A stretch of DNA of 63,126 nt, filler included, from Basidioascus undulatus (GCA_000826855.1; 6 parts of 6 records of this genome joined end to end with filler, not necessarily neighbours in it), one strand, 5' to 3'. Shown: positions 49,040 through 62,647, counted from the whole stretch's first letter. Notes: a model not told the origin generated them from the letters alone. Made by a program: numbers and translations.

Positions 49040-49699
49040 TCCCGCGCAATCGGCCGCTACCTCGCGCTCAAGGCGTCCACCTCCACGCTCTACCCGCACC
49101 CCGGCTCGGGCGCGTCCGCCCACGCAGTCGCGCTTTTCGAACAGGCTGCGTCGATCGAGAACCGTGAGTGCCGTCCCTCCGCCACTTCCTCCCTTTCTTT
49201 CGCGGACTGAGATGTAGGTTTGGGGGATGGGGGGATTTTCAGAGCAATTCGAGCCCGACGCGCGCACCATCTTCCGTGAGAAGGTCAAGCCTGTGCGCGG
49301 GCTGGGCGAGACCAACGTTGCCGTCGTAGGCGCTGCGCGGGCATCGCTTGAGGTCAAGCTGGATGCGTATGAGAAGGTGCCTCTCTTCCTCCCAATTCAG
49401 TTTTCTCTCTCTCTTCCTTAGTTACCCCAACCCCCGGTGCGCACAGATCCTCGCCAAGCAGAAGTACCTCGCCGGCGATTCCCTGACGCTCGCGGACCTG
49501 TGGCACCTCCCCTGGGCGCAGCACTTGGTCAACCACGTAAATTTCCTGCTTTATCCCTCCCAGCTCTGGTAGGATAGTGAAGCTGAGCATGATAGGTGAA
49601 CAGGGCGAGGGCGAGCTCCTGACCATCCGCCCGAATGTCAAGCGGTGGTGGGACGCTGTGGGTGGGCTGGAGTGGGAAGGAAAGCAAAGGACACTGTGA
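49040..49699 (+). CDS. Glutathione S-transferase (phi-like), 3' part
   Basis: SRAIGRYLA, ALFEQAASIE, KLDAYEKILAKQKYLAGDSLTLADLWHLP, RPNVKRWW. Confidence 0.9.
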
Positions 49700-50103
49700 G
49701 AAAGGGGAACAGAGGTGAATGGATGATGCATTTCTTGAGCCCAAAGTTTCTGACTCAGAGCCCACGCAGGCTGCTGGGTAGTTTTGTGAAATTCCATCAT
49801 CTGCGAGCATCGAGATGATCCAGATAGTAGCTTATTTATGGCGAAGATTTAATTTTCGCATTCTCTGCGAGTGTTGTGGCAGCAAGGAAGGAGATGCCTG
49901 CGCTCAGCTGCCACAGCGGTTAGAGGGCAAGCTAAGCATGTTGCAAGTGCGCTGCTTTGAGCTGCACATGAGCTTTCAATATCACTTGGAGGTACGGTGA
50001 TGCCAATCCCTTGATGTCGCGGATACAAAACATCTACGCCTGGGTTTCGCAGTGCATTTCAGGTACACATCCCGCTCATCTCAGCATCCGCCTAGAATGT
50101 GAA

Positions 50104-50845
50104 TCACATCAACTCCCCGTCCTCCAGGACTTCCAACTCCCTCCTCAGATTCTCCCTAGCCATCTCCTCCTTCCCTGCGAATGCCTCGCTAATGAACAGT
50201 TTCTCCCTCCCCAGAAACCCACGCAGCACAGCCGCCCTGCCCTTGCGGAAGTCCGCATCCGAGTAGTGCGCGTACTCTGCCCGTATGCCCCAGGCATAGG
50301 AGGCGTACTCGTCCGGTGAGAAGGCGAGGACAGCAAGGTCCAGGTCGAGGAAGAGCGCGACGGTGTTGTAAGGGAGCGGGAGGGGCGGAGCGGGAATGAG
50401 GTGCGAGATCGTGCAGGTTATGAGGAACGAGACGCGGTTGATCATTCCCTCATCCTGCGTGTAGGGATAAATTTTCAGCTATTTCGGGAATGTCCCAGAT
50501 GGATGAAGAGAGAACTGAACGCACCAGCCCTGCCTGCCTCGCGAACCCCTCCCAGACCTCACGGCTACGCTCCTCGTTCCACCCTCTCTCGTCCAGCTCC
50601 GGATCATAAATGCAGTCGTGAAACCACACAGCGAGCTCCAATTCCCGCCGAACCGCATCGCTCAGGGACCCGCCGTGCTGCGTAGACAGCTGGAGCATGG
50701 CGGCAATGTGCGACAGCGTGTGGTACCGTCTGTGCGGCTCGCTGTAGGACGCGAGGAGCTGCGAAGCTGTGAGCGAGGCCAGGTCGGCTGCGCATAGGGA
50801 AGAGAGAAGGTCGAGTGGGTTTGGAGCGGGGAGGTCGAACGCCAT
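50104..50845 (-). CDS. Predicted HD-superfamily metal-dependent phosphohydrolase (COG4339-like), one intron
   Basis: YSEPHRRYHTLSHI, LAVWFHDCIYDP, NEERS, FLDLDLAVLA, IRAEYAH, ARENLRREL. Confidence 0.88.
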
Positions 50846-51214
50846 GATGTGGTTGAGGGAAGAGAGAAACGCGGCGCCGGAGTAGTTCTCAGTCCTGCCG
50901 GTTTACTTCCGTATCGAGACTGTGCAGGCGTATGTGCTGGGCTGTGACCTGAACAGGACGCGGTGGCTCTTGCGAAGTTATATGTAGATGACTGTATATT
51001 GAAATACACTTTGTGAAAAAAAAAGGGGCCTGGCACGGAAAAGGCGTCCACGCGGCTGCAGCGCAACCTGTCGGCCGTGAGGTTCAGAGCTCGACCACCA
51101 GCCACGGCGAAGAGTTGCCCTCAACTCACCAGCTCGAATGCAATTGCAGCTTCCTAAAGTATGCCTCTCGTTACCTTGATAAATTCACGGTGTACAGGAA
51201 GAGCGAGATTAGCT

Positions 51215-51246
<32 letters not shown>

Positions 51247-51267
51247 ACACACATACACACACACACA
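51215..51267. repeat. (CA)n microsatellite
   Basis: About 26 CA units with two TA interruptions. Confidence 0.95.
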
Positions 51268-51390
51268 AGAAGAGCGCCAGCAGTGGTAATCTATGTTTCG
51301 AATTCATTGTTCATCACCAAAATGTTTTTGTTCAACGGGGTTAATAAATATGCGATAATGTTCGCAAAGTCGTTATAAGAAGCAAAGGCA

Positions 51391-52343
51391 TCAAGACCCC
51401 CAGAAGAAGCGGTAAGCGGAGCTACCGGCGATGCGAGGCTCTCGTTGCTCGAACGACTTCTTCGGAATGGGAAGGGCGGAGGCAGAGGGAGGGGTGCAAG
51501 GTTGGGAGCCCGGAGAAGATTCGGGGGAGTAGCCGAACCCGGGAACGGCGGACGCGCACGAAGAAGGGGTCAACGGAGGGGAAGAGCAGGTGGGTGCGAC
51601 CTCGACGGGCTGCGGGCGCGGGTGCGGCGGCAGGGGAGGAGGTTGGGAAGCGGAGGACTGGACAGACGCGTGGGTGAGGGTGACAAGGAGGATGTCGATC
51701 TCTGCTTGCTCGACCCGGATCTTCCAGTCGAGGTATGACAGCAGCTCGCGTTCCACTGAGGATGCGGAAGCCCAGTCAGGATCCCGCTCTGCCAGACCAT
51801 GCACCCACCCAGCTGTTTGGCAACTTACTTTGATTGACCTCTCCGATGCTGAAGCGGTTTTTTGAAACTTCTGCCCACTACGAACAGACCAGGTTTAAGA
51901 AAGAAATCAAGAGAAGTGGGGACATAAGCGAAACTGCGTACCGATGCGGTGGAGAAGGTGTCGTCGCACAGCTCTTTGCTGGCGAGCATCAGCGACGCCA
52001 GCACAAGCCGCTCCCCACATGATCCCTTGACGCTCGGCTGAGGGAAACGGTTCATCAGTACAAGGGACTTCGCAAGTCGAGATTAAAGGCAATGACGCAC
52101 GAAGCGAGTCTTCAGGCGATGCAGTAGCACCAGTGCCGTGAGCACAACCGGCTGCTCGAGCTGGGTGCGGTAGAGGGCGTAGACCGTAAAGTCGCGAAGG
52201 ACTGAGCTGCTGGTCTCGGTCTCGAAGAGGGCGGTAACGAAGTGGGCTGCGAGAGAGGCGGTCTTCAGAGGGTCGGCGGAAGGGTAAGCGTGCTTCGTCG
52301 CCGACGTCACGGTGCTGGATGTGGTGGAGCGGGTGCGCGACAT
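51391..52343 (-). CDS. Pho85-type (PCL/Clg1-like) cyclin with Pro/Ser-rich tail
   Basis: FTVYALYRTQL..ALVLLHRLKTRF, GSCGERLVLASLMLASKELCDDTFS, WAEVSKNRFSIGEVNQMERELLSYLDW. Confidence 0.85.
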
Positions 52344-54159
52344 TGTTGTTGGGGAGGGGAGGGAAAAAGGAAGGTAAGGATGGAGGTCGGAATGCGGGAG
52401 GAGAACCGATGGATGGGAGCTCTCGAGAAAGTACACTGCGATATGATGTGCGAGCTGGACTGGATGTGAGGAGGTGGGAGGAAGACCATTTCCGTGCGAG
52501 AAGTGTTTCTGGGTCTACCCAACTCTATGATTCCCGCTTGGCGGCAGAATTCCCCGGACTTCTGACGTTCATATCCGGGAATGATTCATGGAAACAAGCC
52601 TGCGGCATGGGCTGGCCGGGCTGGCCTCAGCGGGGCTTGCCATGCGACTTGCGCAGGGAAGCCTCCCAGGCTGCTGCTGTACAACCGGAAGCTCAGAAAC
52701 GCATGTGATTCCGGCGCTTCTGAGCTTCCGGCCAGCGGTGACGGGGAGCTAGGCCAGGACCTCAATGATGAACCCATGGGCAGCGACGTCAGTCGTGGCT
52801 CCCAGGCGTTATCCCGCCGCCGCCGTTTCAGCTGAAACCTTCTCGAAAGCGTCTGGCAGTGGGTGTCTCGCGTCGATGTGTGTGGATGCTTGCGTCAATT
52901 TATGGATGGCCCAGGTACAGAACTCAGATAATTACCATGTATTCCAGACCCCCGGTTCGGGCCGCTGGTTATCAGTTGAATGTCGCACACGATGAAGCAA
53001 CCAACTGCGCCACAGCAGCTTGTGGAGGCAGACTGGTTTCCGGCTTCCACAGGAGCATGAACTGATCAATAAATCTAGACGCCTGCATACAGCTTCATGT
53101 GAGCCGTAGAGTCGCGACGCGAAACGGCTATGGCCCGGCCGGGCTGTTCGATGCTGAGTTTCAGGTCTCGCATGAGTGCCTCGAGTTCGGCTTGCGCTCC
53201 TCCGGCCTGCGCTTTCATACGGAAGATTCTCAGAACCAGCAGAGCCCTCAATCGAATCCATTGGTTTATACGTACTAGCGAGCCGCAGAACCTGCGGCTT
53301 TAAAAGAGAGTGGCGCAGTCAGCTGACCGCTGCTTAGCGCTCACTCAATCTCAACCGCAAGAGGTGTGGCCTTGAATTGTATGCCTCGAATCCTGTGACA
53401 TGGTCACAAGCAATAAAGCAACACTTGTCGTATGTACTGTATTGCGCTGGTCGAGAGCAGGCGTCGACCAGCTGCATGTCCTGAGTACCCGTTCACGGTG
53501 GGAGGCTGCACGCCCATCGGGAGTGTGTAACACTGCCGCAGGCCGAGTCCGCTTGGCGACCTTAGCCCATCCCCTTACTTTCACTTGCAGGTATGGTCTG
53601 ATTCGATCTCAGAGACCGATGCTTAGACCGAAAGCTGTTCATATGACTATGCTGGCTGGGCCCATAACGATGAGTCGGCATTGCAAGGCAAGTGAAGGCC
53701 TGGGCAGTCGTTTGCGAAGTCGGCCAGTCCAGTTCAACCACCAAGTTTATTCAATGTCGAACGTGCAGAATGATCATGCACAATCGCGACATACACAGCG
53801 GTCTTGGGCGGCGGGGCGAGGCGGAGTTTAGTCGCAACGCGGACCGCGGCCTCTGTAGCGAGCCCTCTCGATGCCTGCATACCCTCAGGTGGTGGTTGCT
53901 CAACATACTCGCAGGTGCGACTGGAACATTACGTTCGGAGGGTACGGAGGCCGGCGCACTCCTGCAGCCTTTGTTGTTCTAGCCTTCGCTAGCTGTCCAG
54001 TGTCGCGACCTTAATATCAGTGTCTTCAGCCAGCTTGACTCTACATCAGACGAGGTGCTCTCGAGAAAAGAGAGCGCGAAAGAAAAGAGTAAGAATAGAA
54101 CAAACAAAACCGGTACCAACTCTACATCGAAAATCAGCCCCACAAGTCCATGCCCCCGA

Positions 54160-54257
54160 TCAAGCCTCCGCAGACACCGGCGCGGGTGCCGGCGCCGCGT
54201 CCTCCCGCTGCTGTCGACCGCCCTGCCCGCCGCGCCCGCCCTGACCCCGCCGCTGAC

Positions 54258-54292
<35 letters not shown>

Positions 54293-55981
54293 CCACCGCC
54301 AACGGAGTTGATCGCGACGCCGAGCGCTTGAGACCTATGACACGCAGAAAGGGAGACCGGGTTTTCAGTGCCAGACCTCTTCGGCAGACGTCGGGATCAA
54401 GAACGCACCGGAAGGTCAGGCCCCGAGAGCGCTCGATGATCGATTGCAGGATGTGGGGGTGGGACTGGTTCATGTGCACGGTGTTCTGCGCGAAATTTGA
54501 AGTATCAGGACCGGCACAAGGGCGAGAACCAATTGAGAAGAATGCGGACCTCTTTGAAGTCGATCTTCGCGTCCGTCCGAGTGTCCCGGATCAGGTTGAC
54601 AATCCACTTCTCGCCCTCCTCCGCCGACATGTTCAACCGCGTAGAGAGATCGCTGGTAGAAAGAAAGATCAGGTAAGCAACGCGTCTGCGCTACAAAGGG
54701 GTCGGCCGCACGCACGCAATGTCGATCTTCTGGTGGATCCTGCAGTACGCCTCCGAGATGAAGTAGCGGGCGCTCTCCACAAAGTCGTCCTTGAAGTCAA
54801 TGAGGAAGAAGTCGTTCTCGATGAGAGCCTCAGCCTTGGCGAGCTCGTGCTGCGCGCTCTCGAAGTCGAAGTCGATATAGAGCTGGCGGACGAACTCGGT
54901 CAAGGGGTCCGTGTACTGGTAGCCCTCCGCCTGGACGAGGCGGACGAGCTCGCGGAGGGCCTGCTTCACGCGGCTCGGCGCGAGCGTCGGCGAGCGGCGG
55001 ACGAGGAAGACGGCCGCGGTGAGGTAGCGGAGGAGCCAGGGGCAGGAGGTCTGGAGGGTGTTGAGGTAGGCGGGCGAGGCGAGCCACTCGACGAGCGCCT
55101 CGCGGCCCTGCGGGTGGTTGAAGAAGACGTAGAGGCCCCAGTGCAGGAGCCAGGAGCGCTGCTGCAGCTGCAGGAGCGGCGCCGCGCCGCGGTCGACCGT
55201 GTCCCGGAGCGAGTTGAGTTCCTCGAGCGCGGCGTCCCACTGGCCCGAGAGGATGTTGGACGCGAGCTTGCCCCACTGGGAGGAGAGGATGAGGGCGCTG
55301 TCGGTCGAGAGAATGCGGAAGTGGTAGAGGTAGTCGGACGCCTCGGAGTAGTTGCCGATGGTGTACTGGAACTGCCCGAAGTGGTAGAGGACGGTGATTT
55401 GCTCGGGGTTGAGCTGTAAAGGGGGGGCACGAATCAGTCAGTCGGCTGGGACTGGAGAGCGATCCGGCAGGGCCCGGCGAGGGAGACGGACGTTGTAATT
55501 GTCCTTGAGGAAGGCTTGGTTACGGGTCTTGTCCTGCGTGAGGGAGGCAAGGACGTCCGGGTTCTGGATAACGTCGAGGACGGTCTTCGCCTTCTGCTGC
55601 AAAGACTCGTTCGTCGCCAGCGCCTCCGACCGCTTCTTGGTGATCTCTGCCCTCCCGAAGCCCGCCGCATCAGCGATCCGCCACGGCCAAGCCGCCCCAA
55701 GACCAACACCACCCGCGCCTTTCCTTTCGCCCATCCTCAACCGCCTTACTCTCCCAACAATCCACTCGAGATCCCCGCAGAGCAGATCCAACTCACCCTC
55801 CGGTTCGCTCTGCCCCTCATTCAGCTTCTGCCACAGCTCGGCCGTGTAGTCGACCATGTTGGTGCCCTTGGCGAGGTCATACTGCGCCTGGAGCACCTCG
55901 TTCGCGGGGAAGAGCTCCGTCTCGGCGAGGAAGTTGAGGAGCGGGACCGCCAAGTGGCGGTCGAGGAACGGCACCAGGCGC
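54160..55981 (-). CDS. INT6: Translation initiation factor eIF3 subunit e (Int6), first exon(s) lost at gap
   Basis: [82 protein letters not shown]. Confidence 0.96.
54259..54290 (-). repeat. (CAG)10 polyglutamine tract in the eIF3e tail
   Basis: CTG run on + strand, read as [14 protein letters not shown] on the minus strand. Confidence 0.9.
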
Positions 55982-56006
55982 TGCGGAGGCGGCGGGGGGT
56001 CAGCAT

Positions 56007-56106
56007 NNNNNNNNNNNNNNNNNNNNNNNNNNNNNNNNNNNNNNNNNNNNTTAATTAATTAANNNNNNNNNNNNNNNNNNNNNNNNNNNNNNNNNNNNNN
56101 NNNNNN
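56007..56106. other. Artificial contig spacer
   Basis: N44-TTAATTAATTAA-N44. Confidence 0.98.
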
Positions 56107-58019
56107 CCCACCCGAATCCCACGAGCCGTAGCCGCCGCTGCTGCGCCCAGCGGCCACCAATTCCGCTTTGGTCATTCGCCGTGGGCTCGTGTTCTCGCTG
56201 GGCGCGCCACCCGCTGCAGACGGGCTAGCCCACACGGACTGGCTCGTCGGAGGAGCACCACCGCCCCCCGCAGCTGAGCTGACTCCGCCGATATACGACT
56301 CGCCCGTGAATGGGTCGATGCGGCTGAGGCGCTCGTACTCGCTTCCGCGACTTCGGCGCGTATCGGACGGCGTGAGGTTTAAACCGGAAGGGGAAGAGGG
56401 AGTGAATAGGAGATCGACATCGCCCGACTCGTGCTTGATTATGTCCTCCCGCGCCGGTCGTCGCCGTCCTCGTCGCCACAGGCAGAACCCACCGATGAGG
56501 AGGAGGATGACGACGACGGCTGCGGCGGTTGCGATGCCGCCGAGGGCGCCGGAGCTGAGGATAATGCCGGATTGGGAGTCAGAAGTGGGGCTGTGCGACT
56601 TGGTCGTGCTGAAAAGGGGGCTGGAAGTCAGCCGGAGTGAGACAAGCAAGGGCATGAGGAAATATAGACGAAACGAGGATAAGGAGGTGGAAGAAGGCGC
56701 TATGCTGGTCGATATTTGCTGAGGCGAGCATCCGCTCACAGCAGCGCTATCCCCGTCCTTCACAGTTTCAACTACACAGCGCGCGCAAACATTGACGATT
56801 AGCTCCTGCCCTCAAAAGACCATGTCCCATAGAGCAAAGCAAAGACGCACTTAGCGAGACGCCGCCGCTGCCATGGGTGCCCGCGTCCAGTGCAACGATG
56901 GCCCACTTCGCGCCCGCGTCGAGTGGCACAGTCAGGTTGACGAGTCCGACGCCGTCCGGCTGGGTCTGCTGAGAGACGTTGAACGTTGCTCCTTGGAGCG
57001 GCAGGCCGATGAAGTTGTACGGCGGTTTGCCGTCGTCCCGCCAACCGATCGTCAAATTAGAACATGGCGTGACGAGCGAGGCGCCGTCGTCCTGCTCAAA
57101 GCAAACAAGATAAGAGGTCGAATAGACAAGGGTGACAAAGGTGATCCAGCGACGCACAGGCGAATACTGAGATCAAGAAGTCCCAATGCAGAACGCATCA
57201 GCACCAAAGCGTACGGGACGGCAGCCACCAGCCGCTTTGACTTACGAAGAACTGCGGACGCGAGTGGATGGCCATCTCATGAGCCAATTCCGCAAAGACT
57301 ACCGAAAGTGTTCAGAATATACGCACAGAAAAATCCATCAGGTTATCTCGGTAAGTCACGCACTGGTCGGACGACGAGCTGTTGCCTCGACTTTCCAACA
57401 GCCCTGCTCCCCTCGCCAGCTCGTGAGACGTTTCCAAAGACCCAGGAGAAGGAGATCTGGGAGCATACCCGATACGACGCCGCTGCCCCATCCTGTACGG
57501 TCGCTCGCCGCGACAAGAAACTGGTTACCTGCAATGGCGAAGAATCGTGATAAGCCCGACGCCCCCCATTTCATGCCTCCAACGCGGTCCGGAAAGGAGA
57601 AACTCACCCTGCCAGATATCAACCTTTTGAAGTCCCACACCGCTCAGGATCATGAGTCTCTGTCCAGTTGGAAAGAAGGAGAAGACTCGGACGCACGGCC
57701 CACTTGAGCTCAGAGGTGCCCTCGTCCAGTTCGTGCAGCTGCGGCGCGCTATTCGGGGGAGCGATCATGATAGTATATGGACCCTACCACCCGCCGAGCG
57801 TGAGCAAACATCCTTCCAGCCTGTCCCATCCCGATGCACACTGCAGATACAGAGGCTCACCTGCCCGCCGCTCACTGTGATGGTCGCCTCCTCGCACTGC
57901 CACGGCTCAGACACCTCGACGCGCAGCGCTGCTGCTGCCCGCGCAACGATGAGGGCGGCCGTCGCAGCTATCGGTGCGCGCGGCAGACACTGCTGCGAGG
58001 CTCGTCGCCTGAGCCGCAT
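56107..58019 (-). CDS. Single-pass type I membrane protein (two related extracellular beta-domains, Ser/Thr stalk, TM, cytoplasmic tail), 3' truncated
   Basis: Signal-like AATAALIVARAAAA; QCEEATITVSGGQGPYTI and PCSNLTIGWRDDGKPPYNF; TM GALGGIATAAAVVVILLLIGGFCLW followed by RRGRRR. Confidence 0.72.
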
Positions 58020-58949
58020 CAGCGCGAATGGTATCTCGGGGTGATCGAGTCGCGTCGGTTCGGAGTCGTGTGGAGCGTCGCAAGGCACGGGTGCGCAGAA
58101 ACGCGCAGCTACGGAATCGACAGCGAGATCGAAGGAGGTTTGGTGCGACGACTGCGCAAACGGCCAGAACAGAAAAAGAGAGAGAGAGCAGGACGGGCGT
58201 CAAGACCAATGAAGGAAGGACCGAAGGCCGCGATTGATGGCCATCAGCAGACCGCTCAAGGGCCGCTGTCGCGCGCCCCGAGCTGTGTCTCACTGTGACA
58301 GCCCATAAAGGCTGGTCAGCGAGCGACCCCTCTCTCCAAATGCAACTGAACAGCATTAAGAGCTCAGTTTCATATTCCGGATCTCGTTCGTTTATCGTTG
58401 AGTGTGCATATACAGAATCTCCCACTGCCACGATCAGGAGAGCAGCCATCGCGCTCTGAGATCACGTTCCGCCCCGCCCATTCGGAGAAACGGCACCTGC
58501 GATCATCGAATGCCACAGCGAAGGTCCATCGGGTGCTTTCTTTGATTGCTCTTTTGGACTTTATCAAGCAATAGTCTTAGGATAGCTAGGGGTGCTGGTC
58601 ACACAGCGGAAGGTCGCTGCGTACATTTTCAGCCTACAGCCACTGCTCTGCCCTCGCGAGAGTGAATCGCGGGCAGCCGAATATGCTCGGATGGACAGGC
58701 TCTCGCCGTCGAGGTGGTATGGTTACATTTGCGAAGCGGGTCATTCCAGTGAATCCTGTCAAAGAAGATTCATTGCGCACCCGAGATCTGCGGATACAGG
58801 CGAGGCCGGAGGAGAATCGTCTGGAGGCGCACCGTTTTGCGCGGCAGTCGCGTGGATGATTCGCAGGGGCTCGAGGCTCGAGGTTGACCATGAGACTCTC
58901 AAAGATGTGATTCTATGGCATGGGGAAGCGCTTAAACTGAGACTGTGTG

Positions 58950-59983
58950 ACTGAGACGTTCACCGACTGGTCCTCCGGCGAGGACAGCGGCGGACGGGGC
59001 CGCACGCCCGCGAGCATCCTGTGCAACTCGTTCAGCCGGGTGTGTCGGTTTGTCGGTCTCGAGCGCTGTGAGGTGAGATATCACACTTGCCCATATACCA
59101 TCTTGGTGATCTGAGGCCGGCGTTAGCTGCCTGGAGCACTGGGTACTTTGGGAAATAGCTCACCTCGAAGCCGCCACCCGGAGCGAGTACACGCATGATC
59201 TCCTGGCAGAGAGTGCGTAGTTAATCATCAGCAGACAGAATGCACAGGCGGCTTTCATCTCGCACCTCGAACAGACCGTCCCACTTGTGTTTCTGCACGC
59301 TGTGAAAGCTACGTTAGTCCCGGGCAAAATCCTCACATGCGTGGAAGAGGGCGCACCCAAGTCCAGCCTTGCGCACGGCGGTGCAACAACAGTCAGCGCG
59401 AGGCTCCCGAAAGGAAATCGCGATGTGTTAATGCAGACTACGCACGCATCGCATGTACACAAACTCGAAGCTTGCATCCCGGTACGGCAGGCGTTGTAGA
59501 CTGAGAACCGCATCCTCGTCAGACAGAACGCAGCTAGTGCCTGCCAGAAAGACGCACAAGTTGTCAACATGCCATTCCATGCGGCCGACGAGGTCATCTG
59601 GCACGGGCACTTGACACGGCGCGAGGTCGAAGCCGATGATGTGCGCGTTGGGCCAGAGCCATCTCGCAACGTCGATGCACCAGACGCCACAGCTGCTGGG
59701 AGCTATATCAGCGCAAGCTCGCAGTCGATCAAATTGATAACTTTGCGCTAGGCGCCTGGACTGCTTGGAGGGCACTGTGCGTTCGGCCTGAAGGCGCACC
59801 GAAGCCCCGGCAGATACGGATCGGAAGCGACGGGAAGGGAGGTGATGTGTGGGTGTCTACCGCACGTATGTACGTTTCTTGCGGTTTGGATCACTTAGCC
59901 CATTCAAAGCTACGGGAACGCCTTCGAGTGGTGGCGGAACGAGGAGGAGTTCGAGGCGGAGCTGGATGAATGGTTCAGCGACA
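58950..59983 (-). pseudogene. SAM-dependent methyltransferase (LaeA/TAM-like) remnant
   Basis: GVWCIDVA..WPNAHIIGFDL, EWHVDN/LQRLPYRDASFEFVYMR. The motif-I exon was not found and flanking frames contain stops. Boundaries are approximate. Confidence 0.55.
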
Positions 59984-61329
59984 TGGTGAGCGCTGCCCCG
60001 ACGCATTCTCCCCTGCGCCGCATGAGCTGACATTTTATTGGTTTTCGAGGGTCGCCGCATCGGCTTCGACGTCCTCACAGACTGCTTCGGCTGGCGAGAC
60101 ATGAACTAGAGCGTCCTGGAGGCGCCGCATCGGCAGCGCAGCGGAGCAACATCTGGGCGTTGGAGCGCGAGCGCGAGTCGCAAGCGGAGGACGACGTGAT
60201 TGCAAGGTGCGTTCACTTATCCTCTTGTCTGTATGGGACTATGAGACAAACTGAGTGACACTGGCGACGGTGCGCGAATACGGCAGCGTGCGAGAGTGCG
60301 TCCCCCCGAGTGGTCCTCGCTGTGTATGCGCACTAGAGCACTAACATTTCCTTTCCCTTGGCCTAGGTGTACATTTCATATGCGAAAACCAGCCCATTGA
60401 GATGGAAAACGAAGGGGGGGCAGACTGATGTACGGGCGTGCAGATGAAGCAAGTGGACTTTGGATGTCATCTTGCCGAAGGCCACCCCTTGGCGTTATTA
60501 AGACTAGTTCATTCTGTCGCCCTTGGCCAAAGAGCAAAGAAAAGGCAATAATAGAGCCATTTCACGGATGGAAGGATACATCGCTGCCGCCTCCCTCGGT
60601 GCAAAGACTGACCTCGGTATTTGAGGCGACCCTTCGTTGAAACCAGGGCACCTTCGGTTGGCTCAACCAGACTGCGAGAGAGCGAGATGTCTTCATGTAG
60701 GTAGGTATTTGGTGGGGATGTCCTTTGCCCTATCAGCTGTCATGATTGCACCTGGACTTGCCTCGACTTGGACAGACCGCAACTTGAAGCACAGCCAAAA
60801 AGCACACAACTCAAGAAGTACACATCAAGTCAAGAGTATCTTCATTGACAGAAATAAGTTCTCACTTTCCCGTTTCAAGTTTGCCCAAAGCACGCAGCTG
60901 TCCAAAGACAGGCTGCCCAGGCACTGCGTCCCCGAGGCCAAACGTGCTTCCTGAAGATGTTACGAGTCAGGAGACGAGGCATCCCAATCTTTTCGCCACT
61001 TGCCACTTCCCTACATATACTTCCGCACAATCGGGCCCTCCTGCGAATCCCGTCCAGCCGTTACCGCCTGCGCCGAACACAGCGCCTTCGAGGCAAGGTC
61101 CGCGCGGTTCGTAAAGTCTCGCGATACGCACTCGCGGTTCATGAATTGTCTGAAATCGAGGAGGCGAGGATTCGTAAGACCAGCAATGAAAGAGACACGA
61201 GAGGTGAGTACGCCCGCATCGCCTGAGAGCAGGAAATGAAAGCGAGAGCCACTCCCGCGAGCGAAAGAGCATTAAGAAGAGGTTTGGGAAACCGATCATG
61301 CATTAGCGTCCACAGCCGTCCCACACCTC

Positions 61330-62256
61330 TCAGCGTCCGACCCCGTCCTTCCCTCCGCCATCGACGCACCCGCACCCGTTGCGCGCTATGTCCGGCGGGG
61401 CGGGCGCGTGGATGCGCTCCCACGCTGCGCGGAGCCCCTCCCACGCGGAGGACGTCGGCGGCGGGTGGATGCGCAGGACATCGTGCCTGCTGATCAGGCC
61501 GGAGGGGGAGAAACGGTAGCCGAAGAGTCTGGCGGTCGGGCGGGTATGTTGAGTGCAAACCGAACAAAAAGAGGGGAGGTGGAAGGCGGGAGATGGAAAG
61601 TGGGAAGAAGCGAGCGAGAACTCACACATCCCACTGCGTCTCCTCGCCCGTCAACCTGCTCCGTCCGCCGACGCCCAAGCCCATGCGGACCTCGCGGTCC
61701 CGCGCACGCGCGCCGCCCTCGACGCGCACGCTGCGCAGCTCGACCCATGGGTCCGCGTGGAGCGCGTTGAAGCTGAAGCGGAGGACGGCGGCGCTGCGGA
61801 GGTAGAGCGTGCGCCCGCGCAGGGGGGGGAGATGCCCGTGCGGGAGATGCAGCGCGACGAGCGGGTGGTACAGCTCTGGCTCGGCGGGCGAGGGCGGGGA
61901 GGGGAGGTAGGAGAGCGGCGGGGAGGGGGAGAGCGCGTTGGGGGTCAGGCCGGTGCTGAAGAAGGTTGGGAGGGTTGTGCGGAGGGTGCGGATGGCGCGA
62001 CCTTGGGGAACGTTGGTCGGGTCGGCTGCGTAGAAGACACATGAAACACAAACGACGCACCGACGCGGATGTCATACTCCCTATCATCGATCTTCTCCTC
62101 CTCCTCCCCCCCGCCGTCAGGCTTGGCAGGCCCCGAATCGAACGGCGGAGGCAGCCCGAACTGGAGCGCGGCGCTGAGGCCGGGTGGTTGCGGCCGCGGA
62201 TGCGGGTCGAACGAGATGGAGCGTGTGAGAGAGCAGGAGCGCGGGGAGACGCGCAT
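61330..62256 (-). CDS. Conserved fungal hypothetical protein, probably mitochondrial (tentatively MMU163/Mug163-like)
   Basis: EYDIRV/GRAIRTLRTTLPTFF, LRGRTLYLRSAAVLRFSFNALH, GYRFSPSGLISRHDVLRIHPPP; two introns. Confidence 0.65.
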
Positions 62257-62647
62257 GGCAGCTTGGGGCGCTTTGGATGCGCCGGGGAGGAGCATGCGGC
62301 CTGAACGGAGATGCATGTCGGTCGGATGGAGATGGTCTGAAGGCAAGAGAGAAGGCCGGGACAGTCGCGGGTTGGATCCGCAAATGAGATCACTGCCGTT
62401 TCGAGACGTTCATTTTCTAGAACCAAGGCTCGCTTTTCCAGCATTATTCTGATCTTTTAGAGACATATTCCCTTCAGAATGCTATCCTAAAGAAAGCAGG
62501 ACAGGGCGAAAGACACTGCAAGCTGCATCCCGAGCCACAGCTGCAGGTAAGCACGCTCTCGGCATCAGCTTGCCCTTTCGCGCCTTCGCGTCCAGCTCGC
62601 GTCTCTTTCCTTCTCGCCCTTGTTTCTCACCTGCCCCCCCTCCCCAT

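Noticed and set aside
52400..54000. Long region upstream of the cyclin as an ncRNA or uORF locus
   Set aside because: No snRNA, snoRNA or riboswitch motif recognised; consistent with an ordinary long promoter.
54055..55419. 454-aa + strand ORF with a poly-Leu tract
   Set aside because: Antisense shadow of GC-rich eIF3e; the poly-Leu is the reverse of the poly-Gln.
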